Below, in pieces: positions 45,183-54,712 of a stretch of 64,000 nucleotides of DNA (within the stretch, counting starts at the first letter, position 1; every line of letters begins with the position of its first letter). The DNA lies in assembly GCA_965222375.1 (NCBI GenBank), contig CBDCTZ010000015.1, positions 1,024,001 to 1,088,000 on the forward strand, given 5' to 3'. Made by a program: the position numbers and the translations under genes. The DNA is from Polyangiaceae bacterium (GTDB lineage Bacteria > Myxococcota_A > Polyangia > Polyangiales > Polyangiaceae). The notes beneath the pieces are model-generated. The model was not told the DNA's origin. It ran no database searches and saw nothing but the letters and a program-made list of their open reading frames with translations.

Positions 45183-46601
45183 TCACTTCTTGCTCGGCCG
45201 GAAACTGAATGTCCAACCAGCGTTTGTCGGCTTGTCGGCCGAGGGGAAGGACAAGCGGGTGAACTGACGCTTGATGCAGCCTTCCACGCGGGGGTTGCCC
45301 AAGGACGAACCGCCGATATTTGCGCCGGACACAGAACCGCCACGACTGATGCTGAAGCTCACGCTGACGCTACCCGCCAGCTTCGGGTCTCTAGCGGCCG
45401 CCGCCTCGTAACACGCGCGGAAGGCACCATAGCGCGACATGACCACACGCGAGATTTGTGACGGGGACAGGCCTTGGCCCGGCTTGGGAGAGTCCTTGCC
45501 CTTGATCTTGCGCTCGCCGGTCCCCTTGCCCTTGCCCTTGCCGGTTCCGCTACCGTCACCACCACCTTTGCCGCCCTTGCCGTGACCACCTCGACCACGG
45601 CCACCGGGGCCGCCGCGTCCCGAACCAAATCCACCACCGCGACCCGGCCCCCAGCCGGTATCCAAAGTTCCCGAACCAAAGGGCACGCCCTCGCCGGTAC
45701 CGCCACCACCGGGACCACTACCCTTGAGCCCGGTCCCAGAGCCCCTGCCCAGAACGATGTTGTCCGAACGCAAACCGCCGAGGGCATCCGCTACGGAACT
45801 GATCGTACCCAAGGTCTTGCGAACCTCTTCACCGACGTCGCTGTTCAACGCTTCTGCCATGCCGCCGAGACCGCTGCGGATCTCGCCGGTCTGCTCAGTC
45901 TTTTCGGCCTTGCCCTGACGCCCTAGGGAGCCCTCGGCGCCCTTGATCTTCTTGCCCCCACCTTGCTCCTTCTTGTCCTTCGCACCGGGATCTTTGACGC
46001 CCTTGCCCTTGTCACCATCTTCGTCACTGGTGTCTTTGGGTGGCTCGATGTCCTCTTCCTTCATGCTGAACTGCAGCGCAAGTTCGCGTTGGCTGGTCAG
46101 CTCCAAGGGCTTCGGAATGCCGATTGGCGTGGTGATGGCCCAAATCAATGCAAGCCCACCAATCACGGCGACGAAGGAAAAGATGAACGCGAGCAACAGC
46201 GACCATTCGAACTTCAACCGCTGTTTGAGTACTGGCGGTGCATGCGCGAACTGGAAGAACACGCTGAAGTTGGGCCCATATTGGATCAGCCCGTAGTCAC
46301 CTGCGACGATCGCGATGGGCGCACCTGTCTGTGCCAGCTGCGCGGGATCCTCTTGCCGCCCTCGTAGGAACAAGGTGCCACCGGTAGCGCCACGCACATG
46401 TAGCTCCCAGCCCGAGCCGACAGCTCGGATCGGAGAGTCGGAAATCGGAGCTCCGTCAGGCTTCTGGGTGACCGCGGTGGGCCCATCCCCCAATTCGAAA
46501 GAGGCGCCTGGGTCCAGGTGGCGCAGGCCGAGCACCGTCGTGCCCCACACGGCGGCTGCACGAAGGATGACGACGGGTTGAGCGGGAGGTGCAGCAGCCA
46601 T
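45183..46601 (-). CDS. AgmX/PglI (GltG-like) TonB-C domain membrane protein
   Basis: TM helix, G..K.KG.EG..G motif, Gly-rich linker, I.RVV.....FRACYE......P.L.G.V...F.I C-terminal domain. Confidence 0.8.
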   Translation of the reverse strand: MAAAPPAQPVVILRAAAVWGTTVLGLRHLDPGASFELGDGPTAVTQKPDGAPISDSPIRAVGSGWELHVRGATGGTLFLRGRQEDPAQLAQTGAPIAIVAGDYGLIQYGPNFSVFFQFAHAPPVLKQRLKFEWSLLLAFIFSFVAVIGGLALIWAITTPIGIPKPLELTSQRELALQFSMKEEDIEPPKDTSDEDGDKGKGVKDPGAKDKKEQGGGKKIKGAEGSLGRQGKAEKTEQTGEIRSGLGGMAEALNSDVGEEVRKTLGTISSVADALGGLRSDNIVLGRGSGTGLKGSGPGGGGTGEGVPFGSGTLDTGWGPGRGGGFGSGRGGPGGRGRGGHGKGGKGGGDGSGTGKGKGKGTGERKIKGKDSPKPGQGLSPSQISRVVMSRYGAFRACYEAAAARDPKLAGSVSVSFSISRGGSVSGANIGGSSLGNPRVEGCIKRQFTRLSFPSADKPTNAGWTFSFRPSKK

Positions 46602-46751
46602 GAAGTTCGAATTTTGAGGGCAAAAACCCAGAAGGTTCAAGGGGAGTTGTGACTTCGCTTCAGTTCAGACGTTTCTCGGCCTGAAATGATTTGATTGTCC
46701 CGGGTGCGAGCTGCACGCACATGAACGTTTCCCCACGCTAGGCTGGGGGAG

Positions 46752-47852
46752 GTGAGTTCGCCCTATCGACACCGAGCCCGCCCCGAGGAGCCGACCGTCA
46801 CGGTGCTCTGGGGACCGTTTCCTGTGCGTTGGGGTCCGCTGGTCGCTGTCGTTCCCTGTCTCTTCCTGGGCATCTTGCTGACGATGATGGGCTTCGACAA
46901 GGGCGTCCTGCGCTGCGAACGCGCCCACAACTTCTGCGGCTACCAACGCACCACGTTCATCAACCGCCGCGTGCGCCCCTTCCCCCTCGACCAACTTCGC
47001 GGCGCCCGCGTCATCGAGGTAAAATCCGGCAAGCGCACTCGCAGCGCAGTGCAACTCGACCTTGGCGAACGCAAGTGGCGAATGGTCCCGACCACGGCGG
47101 CGGAGACTCAGCGGGTCGCGGCGAAGATTAACGAATTCGTGAAGAGCGACGCGCCGACCCTCGAGGTTCATCAGCACAACCCAATCTGGTTCGGACTCGT
47201 TGGAATCGGTTTCCTACTGGCTGGCATGGCCCTGCTCTGGAGCGGTCTCCGCGGCGCGGGACGCATTCGCCTCGAAGTCGCCAGCGACCGTATTCGCTGG
47301 ACTCGCAGAATCTTGCGTCTGCGCGCGTCGAGCGGGGAGTTTCGCCTGGACGCATTCCGTGACGCCATTCGCGACGTCGTGGTTGAGTGGTCTAAGCGTT
47401 CGCACTTCTTCCAACATCGCCACGAGATTCCGGAGACCTTCGCTCGCCTGCGCGTCATCAACAAGGACGGCTCGTCACGACCGCTCGTCGAGCGCAGCTT
47501 TCGCGGTCACGAGGTTCACCTCCGCGCCGCCGCGGAACTGCGCCGCGTCTTGGAACTTCCACCGCGTCGGGAAGACGCGCAGCGCGAACAAGATCACTTG
47601 GCCGCTGCGGCGCGCCCGCCCGAAACCCCCGGCTCCTTCTCCGGCAGAGGCGGACGCTTTGCCGCAGCCTGGTTGGGCATGTGCGTGGGCTCCCTCGGCG
47701 GCATGGCGGTGCTCGGCATGTTCAAGCTCATTTCCCAAACTGCCAGCGCGAGCGACCAAATAACCGACCTGGACGCCTTGATCGGCGGCGGCGGCGGCGC
47801 CCTGACGGGCATCTTGCTCGCGCTGCGACTGACGCGCCCGAAGAAGGACTAG
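46752..47852 (+). CDS. Hypothetical membrane protein
   Basis: About four TM segments; coding-like composition. Confidence 0.7.
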   Translation: MSSPYRHRARPEEPTVTVLWGPFPVRWGPLVAVVPCLFLGILLTMMGFDKGVLRCERAHNFCGYQRTTFINRRVRPFPLDQLRGARVIEVKSGKRTRSAVQLDLGERKWRMVPTTAAETQRVAAKINEFVKSDAPTLEVHQHNPIWFGLVGIGFLLAGMALLWSGLRGAGRIRLEVASDRIRWTRRILRLRASSGEFRLDAFRDAIRDVVVEWSKRSHFFQHRHEIPETFARLRVINKDGSSRPLVERSFRGHEVHLRAAAELRRVLELPPRREDAQREQDHLAAAARPPETPGSFSGRGGRFAAAWLGMCVGSLGGMAVLGMFKLISQTASASDQITDLDALIGGGGGALTGILLALRLTRPKKD

Positions 47853-48115
47853 CCGGCGCCAACACGCGAAACTGGGGCCGGGAGGAGGAGGTGAGCCGTC
47901 TGTGCGGCGCCGGGAGCTGGCTCTGCAGCGCCGGAAGTGCAACGGCTGAGCGAAGCCCTGCAAAGCGCGGAGCAACTCCGACGCAACTCGCGCGCTCTGC
48001 GACCGATGCTCACGCCAAACTGCCCGCCCTCACTGTGTGGGTGGGCAGTTTGGTGTTGTCTGACGGGGACGCCTCCGCGCAACCCGGCTCAGTTCGCAGC
48101 CGCGTGCGGGGTGAT

Positions 48116-48586
48116 TCAACGTAGTGCGGGATGGCGGCGAGTGTCGCTCATCTCGCGCATGAAGGAGCGGTGGCCCAGGTCGCCAGCGGCAAACTCGGCG
48201 CGCACGCGACGCAAGAAGTAGATGATCTGCGGCGACTTCAAGCGCCCCTCGACGGCAACGGGACCGAAAGTGTAGGTCTTGACACCGCCGTCGCCGCCGC
48301 CCTTGGTCTCGACGACTTTGGGCGTTCCGTCGGCTGCCGCCGGAGTCGCCTTGGCGCCTTTGACTGCTGTCTCGCCAGTGCCCTCGCTAGTGCCGGCCTT
48401 GGCCTTCTTGGCCTCCTCGGCTTCCTTCTCTTTGTCCTTCTTGCTTTTCTTGCCCTTAGCGCCCTTCTTCGAGGTCTTCTTGGCGCCCTGCTTGGCCTGA
48501 GCGTGCGCATCCGGCTGCTCCGTGGCCACCAGAGTGACCCCGAGCCCGAAGACCATGAGGGCCGCGACGGCAATGCGCTTCATCAC
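48116..48586 (-). CDS. GltF/CglF-like secreted gliding-complex protein
   Basis: Signal peptide, Lys-rich linker, YTF...VEGRLKSP...Y.L.R....F......SF..E C-terminal motif. Confidence 0.55.
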   Translation of the reverse strand: MMKRIAVAALMVFGLGVTLVATEQPDAHAQAKQGAKKTSKKGAKGKKSKKDKEKEAEEAKKAKAGTSEGTGETAVKGAKATPAAADGTPKVVETKGGGDGGVKTYTFGPVAVEGRLKSPQIIYFLRRVRAEFAAGDLGHRSFMREMSDTRRHPALR

Positions 48587-48807
48587 CAGCGAAGATAGCG
48601 GATTTCCGCGGCCGCGTCAGGCCGGCAACCCACTCCCAGGGATTCCGCGCCCTCGTGTGAAACCTCGAGTGGGCGCTTCGCTCGCGCGAAACGTCCAAGT
48701 GCGACCCACTTTTGCGCTGTGCTCACCGTCAGCTGGGCGCCCTGCTCGCGAGGCAATCCCGCACAGCCAGTTCTGCTGTGGATGTCACCCGCCAGCGGGC
48801 GCTTCGC

Positions 48808-49542
48808 TCACGCCAAGCGATTCAGGGCAGCCATCTCAGCGCTGTGCTTGGCGTCGAAAACGGCCTTGATCGCGCTAAAAGCTTTCTGCGCCACCTCCTC
48901 GCACTCCTTGGCGTCGTCTCCGTTTTCCTCGGCGATGGCCTGGAGGCGATCCGCCTCATTGCCCGCGGCCTTGGCCTCAGCATCCGTGATCGCCACATTG
49001 GCATCGCCAAAGGCTTGCGCGGGGCCCGCCGCGGTCATGGTGGCCGTGCCGAATCCAGCCAGGCTATCCCCCCAAGTCCCCGCAAGACTTGCACTGTGCT
49101 TGGCTGCTTCTGCAGCCGAGCTTGCAGCTTCTCGGGTGGCGGCGGTCGTAGCATTGCCTGCAGCCCTGTTGGCCACGTCTTGAGTCTTCAACTGGCTGTG
49201 TGCCTCGACTTTGCAGCCAAGCGATACAGCTTGCATTCCAGCTGATGCGCCGATGATGGATGCTTGAACGATCCCGGAACTGCGCAGTTGGTCGGCCTTC
49301 TTGCGTAGGTTCTTCACTTCCGCGGTTTGAGCGGCGAGTTTTCGCGCCACCGCAACGCGCTTGAACTTCCGGTTCAAATCCCTGGAGTTACGGGAGAACT
49401 TCGCGACCAGCGCCAGGGCGGCGGCCACCGGGTCACCGGGAAACACCGACTCGGGTAAGCTTGCGAGATTGCTTGTTTGTCCAGCCTTGGGAGCGGCCGT
49501 TGGGCCGAGTCCAACCGGCGTGTTTGAGTCTACCTTGGTCAT
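48808..49542 (-). CDS. Putative T3SS minor translocator (SctB/YopD/SseD-like)
   Basis: Ala-rich coiled coil, central hydrophobic segment, last gene of a coupled translocon-like operon. Confidence 0.55.
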   Translation of the reverse strand: MTKVDSNTPVGLGPTAAPKAGQTSNLASLPESVFPGDPVAAALALVAKFSRNSRDLNRKFKRVAVARKLAAQTAEVKNLRKKADQLRSSGIVQASIIGASAGMQAVSLGCKVEAHSQLKTQDVANRAAGNATTAATREAASSAAEAAKHSASLAGTWGDSLAGFGTATMTAAGPAQAFGDANVAITDAEAKAAGNEADRLQAIAEENGDDAKECEEVAQKAFSAIKAVFDAKHSAEMAALNRLA

Positions 49543-50375
49543 GCCAGCCTCCGATTGACTGCGGCATCCGCCGCTTTCTGAGAGTTCAGAATGGAAACAA
49601 TGGCTTCCATCGCCTTGCGCTTGTCGTCCACGACTTGTTGGATGATTCCGACTTCTTCGTCAGCCCGGTCAGACGCTGCACCTGCTCGGTTTCGATGCGC
49701 GGTCGCGTCGGCATCCTCGTCCACCACGTCCGCGAGAGCCTGCGTCTCACCATACTTGGCACCGGCCTGCACGCTCGTGGCTCCCACTTGTGCGCCTGTG
49801 GCAACCAGGCCTCCAACACGCGCCCCCGCGGTAACTGCACGGCCTGTGCCGAAGGCACCGGCTCCTCCGGTGCAGATGGCTCCGCCCAAAGCAAAGGTAT
49901 CGCTCAAGTTGATCTGCATGCCCCTCACCTCAAGCAGTTCAGCGTCGACGTCGAGCGCCTTCATGGCGACGCTCGAGCTGGACAGCAGGGCACCCGCGAT
50001 GGCAACACCTGCCACCGCACCGCTGCCTGCAGTGAGCGCGGCGCTCGCTGCTCCCGCGACGACTGCCGCGGCGGCAGCGATCTTGCCGACCTTGCTCCAG
50101 AAGCCGCCCTTCTTCTGCGCTTCTAGCGCACGCGCAAGAGCTTCCTTTGCATCCCTGATTGCAGACTGACGTTGCTTCTCGCCAATCTCGATGTTCTTCG
50201 TCGCGCCTCGGATCTTCGTATCGTTGGTCGACATCTCGGCAAACATCGCAATTGCTGCAGCATCCCCGAGGGTGGAGGGTGGCAAGCTGACTCCGGCGCT
50301 GCCTACGAGGGCTCCGTTTGCGTTGGAGCTTGCATAGGTCACTGCGGGACCGGTGCCAATGGCTTGAATCGTCAT
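49539..50375 (-). CDS. Putative T3SS major translocator (SctE/YopB/SseC-like)
   Basis: Coiled coil, then AQKKGGFWSKVGKI, then a long Ala/Gly/Val hydrophobic hairpin; directly downstream of a SycD-type chaperone. Confidence 0.65.
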   Translation of the reverse strand: MTIQAIGTGPAVTYASSNANGALVGSAGVSLPPSTLGDAAAIAMFAEMSTNDTKIRGATKNIEIGEKQRQSAIRDAKEALARALEAQKKGGFWSKVGKIAAAAAVVAGAASAALTAGSGAVAGVAIAGALLSSSSVAMKALDVDAELLEVRGMQINLSDTFALGGAICTGGAGAFGTGRAVTAGARVGGLVATGAQVGATSVQAGAKYGETQALADVVDEDADATAHRNRAGAASDRADEEVGIIQQVVDDKRKAMEAIVSILNSQKAADAAVNRRLA

Positions 50376-50791
50376 CGTGGTGCTTTCATTTTGGACCGCA
50401 ACAAGTCGAGTTGCGCGCGCTGTTGGATGTCGATGTCGAGTTCGTCGAGAACGTCGAGCATGCGATCCGCCTCCGAGTTCTCGCCGGCCTCGAGCCAGGC
50501 CCGGGCACTCAAGAGACCGAGGTCAAAGCCCTCGCCGCTGAGGCGAAAGCCGATTTCGTAGAGACCACCGGCCACGGCGTAGTCCTCGATGGCTTCATGG
50601 CAGCCTCCCAGACCCCACCAGGCCTTCAGGTTGGTGGGGTCGGTCAAGGTGAGGAAGCGGAAGATGTCTGCGGCACGCTTGTAGTCCTCGCGCTCGAAAC
50701 ACATCCGCCCCACGGCGTAGCAGGCCTCGAGCTCCGCATCGCTGCGGGGATCGGTCTCCTCGGGATTGAACATTTCCCCGTGCGCCATCAT
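50372..50791 (-). CDS. SycD/LcrH/CesD-family (class II) TPR translocator chaperone
   Basis: LEACYAVG...F...DYKRA..IFRFL...DP.N...W.GLGGC......Y..A...Y; acidic, ~139 aa. Confidence 0.8.
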   Translation of the reverse strand: MMAHGEMFNPEETDPRSDAELEACYAVGRMCFEREDYKRAADIFRFLTLTDPTNLKAWWGLGGCHEAIEDYAVAGGLYEIGFRLSGEGFDLGLLSARAWLEAGENSEADRMLDVLDELDIDIQQRAQLDLLRSKMKAPR

Positions 50792-51507
50792 CACACCATG
50801 TTCCTGACTGCCTGATCCTGCGGGGCGTCCATGGACTTCAGGGCATTGGAGACGAAGGTGAGAGTGCGTGAGCGGCGCTGCATCGACTGCTGCAGGTTCA
50901 TCATGGTCAGATCGTTGGAGCGGGTCAGCGTGGTTCCCACGTTCTTGAGGGATGTGAGCGCGTCTTTGATCTTCGCCTTCGTGTCGTTCCCCATCAGACC
51001 GATGTCCAAGTCGGCAATGACTTGATCGAGGTCGTTGGCTTCGGCATGGAAACCAGCATCCCGCAGCTCCGCGGCAGCTTCCTTGAGTTGCGCCATGGAA
51101 GCGTCGTGGGCGGCTTTGACGTCGACGTCCCATGGCGTGTCGAGCTGGTCCTTCGACGTGACGGCGTTGTTGTTCGCTTCGGACGCCACCTTGCCACCCT
51201 TGATTCCAAAGACCTGCCCCATGTAGTCAGAGGATGTCTCTGCGCCTGCTTTGGTCTCCATTTTCTCCAAGAACGTCGTTGCCGACGACATTTTGTCGGC
51301 GAGCTTGTTTTTCGACCGGATTTCGTCCATCGACTTCATCACACCGCGGTCGATGTGGCGGAGCTCCTGCTCAGCGTACGCCATCAACGCGTCAGGACTG
51401 AGGAAGTAGAACGGAGTCGGGCCGGAGAGCTGCGACAGGCCCAGCGTCGGAGTATTGAAACTCGCACCGGGAGTGGGAGTCGAGCCGTTCGGGATTGCAT
51501 TTGACAT
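50791..51507 (-). CDS. Putative T3SS tip/filament protein (EspA/SseB/Bsp22-like)
   Basis: C-terminal DLTMMNLQQSMQRRS..L...SN.LKSM......VRNM helix motif; S/T/P-rich N-terminus, no Sec signal. Confidence 0.6.
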   Translation of the reverse strand: MSNAIPNGSTPTPGASFNTPTLGLSQLSGPTPFYFLSPDALMAYAEQELRHIDRGVMKSMDEIRSKNKLADKMSSATTFLEKMETKAGAETSSDYMGQVFGIKGGKVASEANNNAVTSKDQLDTPWDVDVKAAHDASMAQLKEAAAELRDAGFHAEANDLDQVIADLDIGLMGNDTKAKIKDALTSLKNVGTTLTRSNDLTMMNLQQSMQRRSRTLTFVSNALKSMDAPQDQAVRNMV

Positions 51508-51520
51508 TGCGGTTCCTTTG

Positions 51521-51718
51521 TTATGCGCGGATGAATGCGGTGGTGAGAGGCGCCGCAATAGCGACAGGCGCCTCGGTGGTCATTGCGTCCTCCGGCACGG
51601 CGAATTCCATGTCCGGGGGCAGCTCCTCCAGTTGCTTGCGCAGTGCTGCGAGCTCCTGGTCTTGCTTTCGAATCTCTGCCTCGAGAGCCTCGAGGAACGT
51701 CTGGTTCTTGTCGCTCAT
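51521..51718 (-). CDS. Small coiled-coil protein, first gene of the translocon-like operon
   Basis: Strong RBS GAAGGGGGG; acidic helical 65-aa ORF. Confidence 0.6.
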   Translation of the reverse strand: MSDKNQTFLEALEAEIRKQDQELAALRKQLEELPPDMEFAVPEDAMTTEAPVAIAAPLTTAFIRA

Positions 51719-52024
51719 GGCCCCCCTTCGGCGGGCGGAGCATCGGGTTGCGTACAAAAGTCGCCTTCCAGGGATTCAGCGGCGTTTCTAGCCCGAAAAC
51801 GAAGCGAACACCGCGGTGCGTCAATCCGACAAGTCGCTCGCGAGCCACTGTCAGGTCGCTACCGACGCGAATCCCTGGGCGCGACCGGCGGAGCGAATCC
51901 CTGAGCGGCTACCGCCGCGCAAACCTCGGGCGCACGAGGCGTCACGGCGCGCAACGTCCGGGCGCGCCGGTGGGGACAAGGGAGCCGCTTCGTCGTTCCG
52001 ATACGCTGCGCGCTCAAGTGGATC

Positions 52025-52666
52025 TCAAGCCTTCTTGCGCACAGCGCGTCCGCGCGCTGGCGTCTTCACGCCGGTCTTCGTCGCGCGCTTCTTCACTGGG
52101 GCCTTCTTCTTGGTGGCCTTCGCCTTCGCCTGGGTCTTCTTGGCTTTCTTCGCTGCAGGCTGGGTGGCGTTCTTCCTCGTTTGTCTTACGGCCTTCTTCG
52201 CCGTCTTCTTCGCGCCACTCGCGGCGGGCCGCTTCGCTGCCTTCTTCGCGACCTTCTTGTTCCCGCTCTTCTTCGCAGCGCCTTTCGCGCTGGCAGAGCC
52301 CTTTCCACCGTCATCGCGCCAGCTTATCCAGGCGCGCACGATAGCCTCGATGTCTCGTTTTGCGGCGCTCGCTTCGGCGACGCTGCCGAGCTTCATGACG
52401 CGACTGGTGTCACCGGTACCGACGAGGCGTGGGTGTTTGCCGGGGATGCGCGCGCCCAGGTGGAACATCAGGCTGGCGTGCTGTTTGCTCTTCGGGAAGA
52501 AGCTCGCGATGTTGCCCTTGTAGGTGAAGGTCGGCGCTTGCCACTTGATGCACTCTTCGATGCGCTTGTCGGCGCCGAGCATGATCTCACGGATACGCTG
52601 CACCACGAGCTTCATGGGGTTTTCGTAACGGGCGAACCATTGGTCGACTTGCTTGTTGCGCGGCAT
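52025..52666 (-). CDS. DUF1801-domain protein with Lys/Ala-rich tail
   Basis: VD.W, IREI, EECIKWQAPTF; histone-H1-like KKAAK repeats. Confidence 0.85.
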   Translation of the reverse strand: MPRNKQVDQWFARYENPMKLVVQRIREIMLGADKRIEECIKWQAPTFTYKGNIASFFPKSKQHASLMFHLGARIPGKHPRLVGTGDTSRVMKLGSVAEASAAKRDIEAIVRAWISWRDDGGKGSASAKGAAKKSGNKKVAKKAAKRPAASGAKKTAKKAVRQTRKNATQPAAKKAKKTQAKAKATKKKAPVKKRATKTGVKTPARGRAVRKKA

Positions 52667-52914
52667 CGATCGAGAAAAGCTCGGAGTGTCGTCGGGTTCA
52701 AGCGGGGGACGAACGCGTCCGGTCCCGCGTCCAGTGCCTGATTTCGGCGTGGCGAGCCGACAGCGTTGAGTGCCGCATCACGCCGCCGAGACAGGAAGCG
52801 AGCGCCGTTGCGTTTTTATTAATTATTACAACTACTTATGCGCGCAGCGCTACAATCCAATAGGTTTGACGTACTTGGTTGACTAAGTCTGATTGTAGGA
52901 CCAAGCTGAGCGGC

Positions 52915-53139
52915 ATGAAGAAAGTGAACGTGCACGAAGCAAAAACCCAGCTTTCGCAGCTGCTGGAGCGCGCTCACTCGGGCGAAGAGATCATCATCGC
53001 CAAGAACGGAAAGCCCTTCGCGCGGCTATGCCCGCTGGAGCCAGCTCGGCCGCGCAAACCTGGGCTCTTGCGCGGCAAGGTGGAAGAAACGTTCTTCGAT
53101 CCCCTACCCGAAGAAGAACTCGAGGCATGGGAAGGATGA
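52915..53139 (+). CDS. Phd/YefM-family antitoxin
   Basis: VNVHEAKTQLSQLL....GEEIIIAKNGKP.ARL. Confidence 0.93.
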   Translation: MKKVNVHEAKTQLSQLLERAHSGEEIIIAKNGKPFARLCPLEPARPRKPGLLRGKVEETFFDPLPEEELEAWEG

Positions 53140-53522
53140 AACTGCTTCTCGATACGCATGCGCTGCTCTGGTGGTTGTTCGACGATGCTCAGATGTCTCG
53201 AACGGCGCGAGGCGTGATTCAGGATCCGGCGAACGACGTATTCGTGTCCGCTGCTTCTGCGTGGGAAATTGCTACCAAGTTCCGCCTGGGCAAGCTCGCT
53301 TCGGCAAGCGTGCTGGTTCAGGACATGGCTGGCTGCTTCTCCGCGGCAGGGTTTCGTGAACTCCTCATCACGGTGAAGCACGCACAGCGAGCGGGCAGCT
53401 TCCCCCAGGCTCACCGCGACCCCTTTGACCGGATGCTGGCGGCACAGGCCTTGCTGGAGGATCTCTCACTCGTGACCCGGGACCCAACGCTGGATCAGTT
53501 TGGCGCCAAAGTCGTTTGGTAG
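53136..53522 (+). CDS. vapC: VapC PIN-domain toxin
   Basis: LLLDTH..LW, SAASAWEIA.K, HRDPFDRML.AQA; ATGA overlap. Confidence 0.93.
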   Translation: MKLLLDTHALLWWLFDDAQMSRTARGVIQDPANDVFVSAASAWEIATKFRLGKLASASVLVQDMAGCFSAAGFRELLITVKHAQRAGSFPQAHRDPFDRMLAAQALLEDLSLVTRDPTLDQFGAKVVW

Positions 53523-54712
53523 AACCAAGTCTTCAGCCTCGAGAGTTTCCAACTTTCGTGTCACAAAAGGTCGTGCTCGGGCGTTACAAAGGTGTGTTGC
53601 GCGGCACCGCACCCTTTTTGTTCCTGCTACTGGCTTGCACGCCAGCGAAACGTGGGGATTCAGCCCAGCACCAGCGTACAGCGACGAAACCGAAGCTGCG
53701 GGGAACGGCCGCCCAGCAAAGCCCCAATGCGGACGGAGAACGGCCCGCGGACACCAATGGCGCGCTCCGCGCCGCGAAGCGTGTCGCGGCAAAGAAGGCG
53801 GAGGTCAGTGTCACCCCGCTGGCCGCGGGAGTATGCACCACCGCGGCCGGACTTCCGCGCGTGGCTCCGCCAACCTTAACCGCCTCGCTCGCCCCCTCGA
53901 AGCAGAACCTCCAGAGCTGGGTCGAACTCCTCGCGGGACCGGGGCTGCGCGGACGACAAGCCGGCACCCGAGACTCGAAACGCGCCGCCGCGCTCATAGC
54001 GGAGCAGTTCCGCGAGCTCGGCGCTAAAGCTCCGCGCTCGGACGGCTACTGCGTGCCCTTTTCCAATGCGCAGCTTTCGGACCAGAATGTCGTCGCGCAC
54101 ATCTCAGCGCCGAAACCCGAGTGCCCCTGGGTCGTCGTGGGAGCGCACTACGACGCACTGGGCACGGACAAGAACGGCGTGATGTACCCCGGCGCGGACG
54201 ACAATGCTTCCGGCGTCGCGGTGCTCATGGAACTGGCACGCCTGATTCAAGCCGGCACCGTGACACCCGATGTCGGTGTCGTGCTTGCAGCCTTCGGCGG
54301 GGAAGAAACGGATCTTGCTGGCTCACGCGCGTACGTCCAGAGCCCAACGGTGCCGCTATCCAAGGTGTCCATGATGATCAACGTGGACATGGCCGGACGC
54401 AAGCCCGCGGGGTACCCGATCATCGGCTACGAGGCCTACGGCAAAGGCAGAGCACGCTCCTCCCGTCGCGTGCGCATGGCCGCAGCGAAGGCCAAGGTCA
54501 GAACCGTCGCTGCGCAGCTTGGAGATCGGAGCGACAGTTCGTCCTTTTCGCCTCACGTGCCTGCGGTGTTCTTTTGCACCATGGTGCACGCCGACTATCA
54601 CAAGCCGACGGACGTTCCAGAGCGCGTTGACTACGCGCAGACGACCCGGACGTTGAAGCTGGTCACGGCCATGGTCGAGAGCCTCCCGTGTTCCATCAAT
54701 GCCAATCTCTGA
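53516..54712 (+). CDS. M28-family metallopeptidase (lipoprotein)
   Basis: GAHYD, GADDNASG, GEE, NVDM, RSD, DYHKPTD; start uncertain. Confidence 0.88.
   Translation: MVEPSLQPREFPTFVSQKVVLGRYKGVLRGTAPFLFLLLACTPAKRGDSAQHQRTATKPKLRGTAAQQSPNADGERPADTNGALRAAKRVAAKKAEVSVTPLAAGVCTTAAGLPRVAPPTLTASLAPSKQNLQSWVELLAGPGLRGRQAGTRDSKRAAALIAEQFRELGAKAPRSDGYCVPFSNAQLSDQNVVAHISAPKPECPWVVVGAHYDALGTDKNGVMYPGADDNASGVAVLMELARLIQAGTVTPDVGVVLAAFGGEETDLAGSRAYVQSPTVPLSKVSMMINVDMAGRKPAGYPIIGYEAYGKGRARSSRRVRMAAAKAKVRTVAAQLGDRSDSSSFSPHVPAVFFCTMVHADYHKPTDVPERVDYAQTTRTLKLVTAMVESLPCSINANL

Noticed and set aside
51740..51775. Sigma28- or HrpL-like promoter for the translocon operon (GGAAGG-N16-CCCGAT on the minus strand)
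   Set aside because: Does not match either consensus well enough to call
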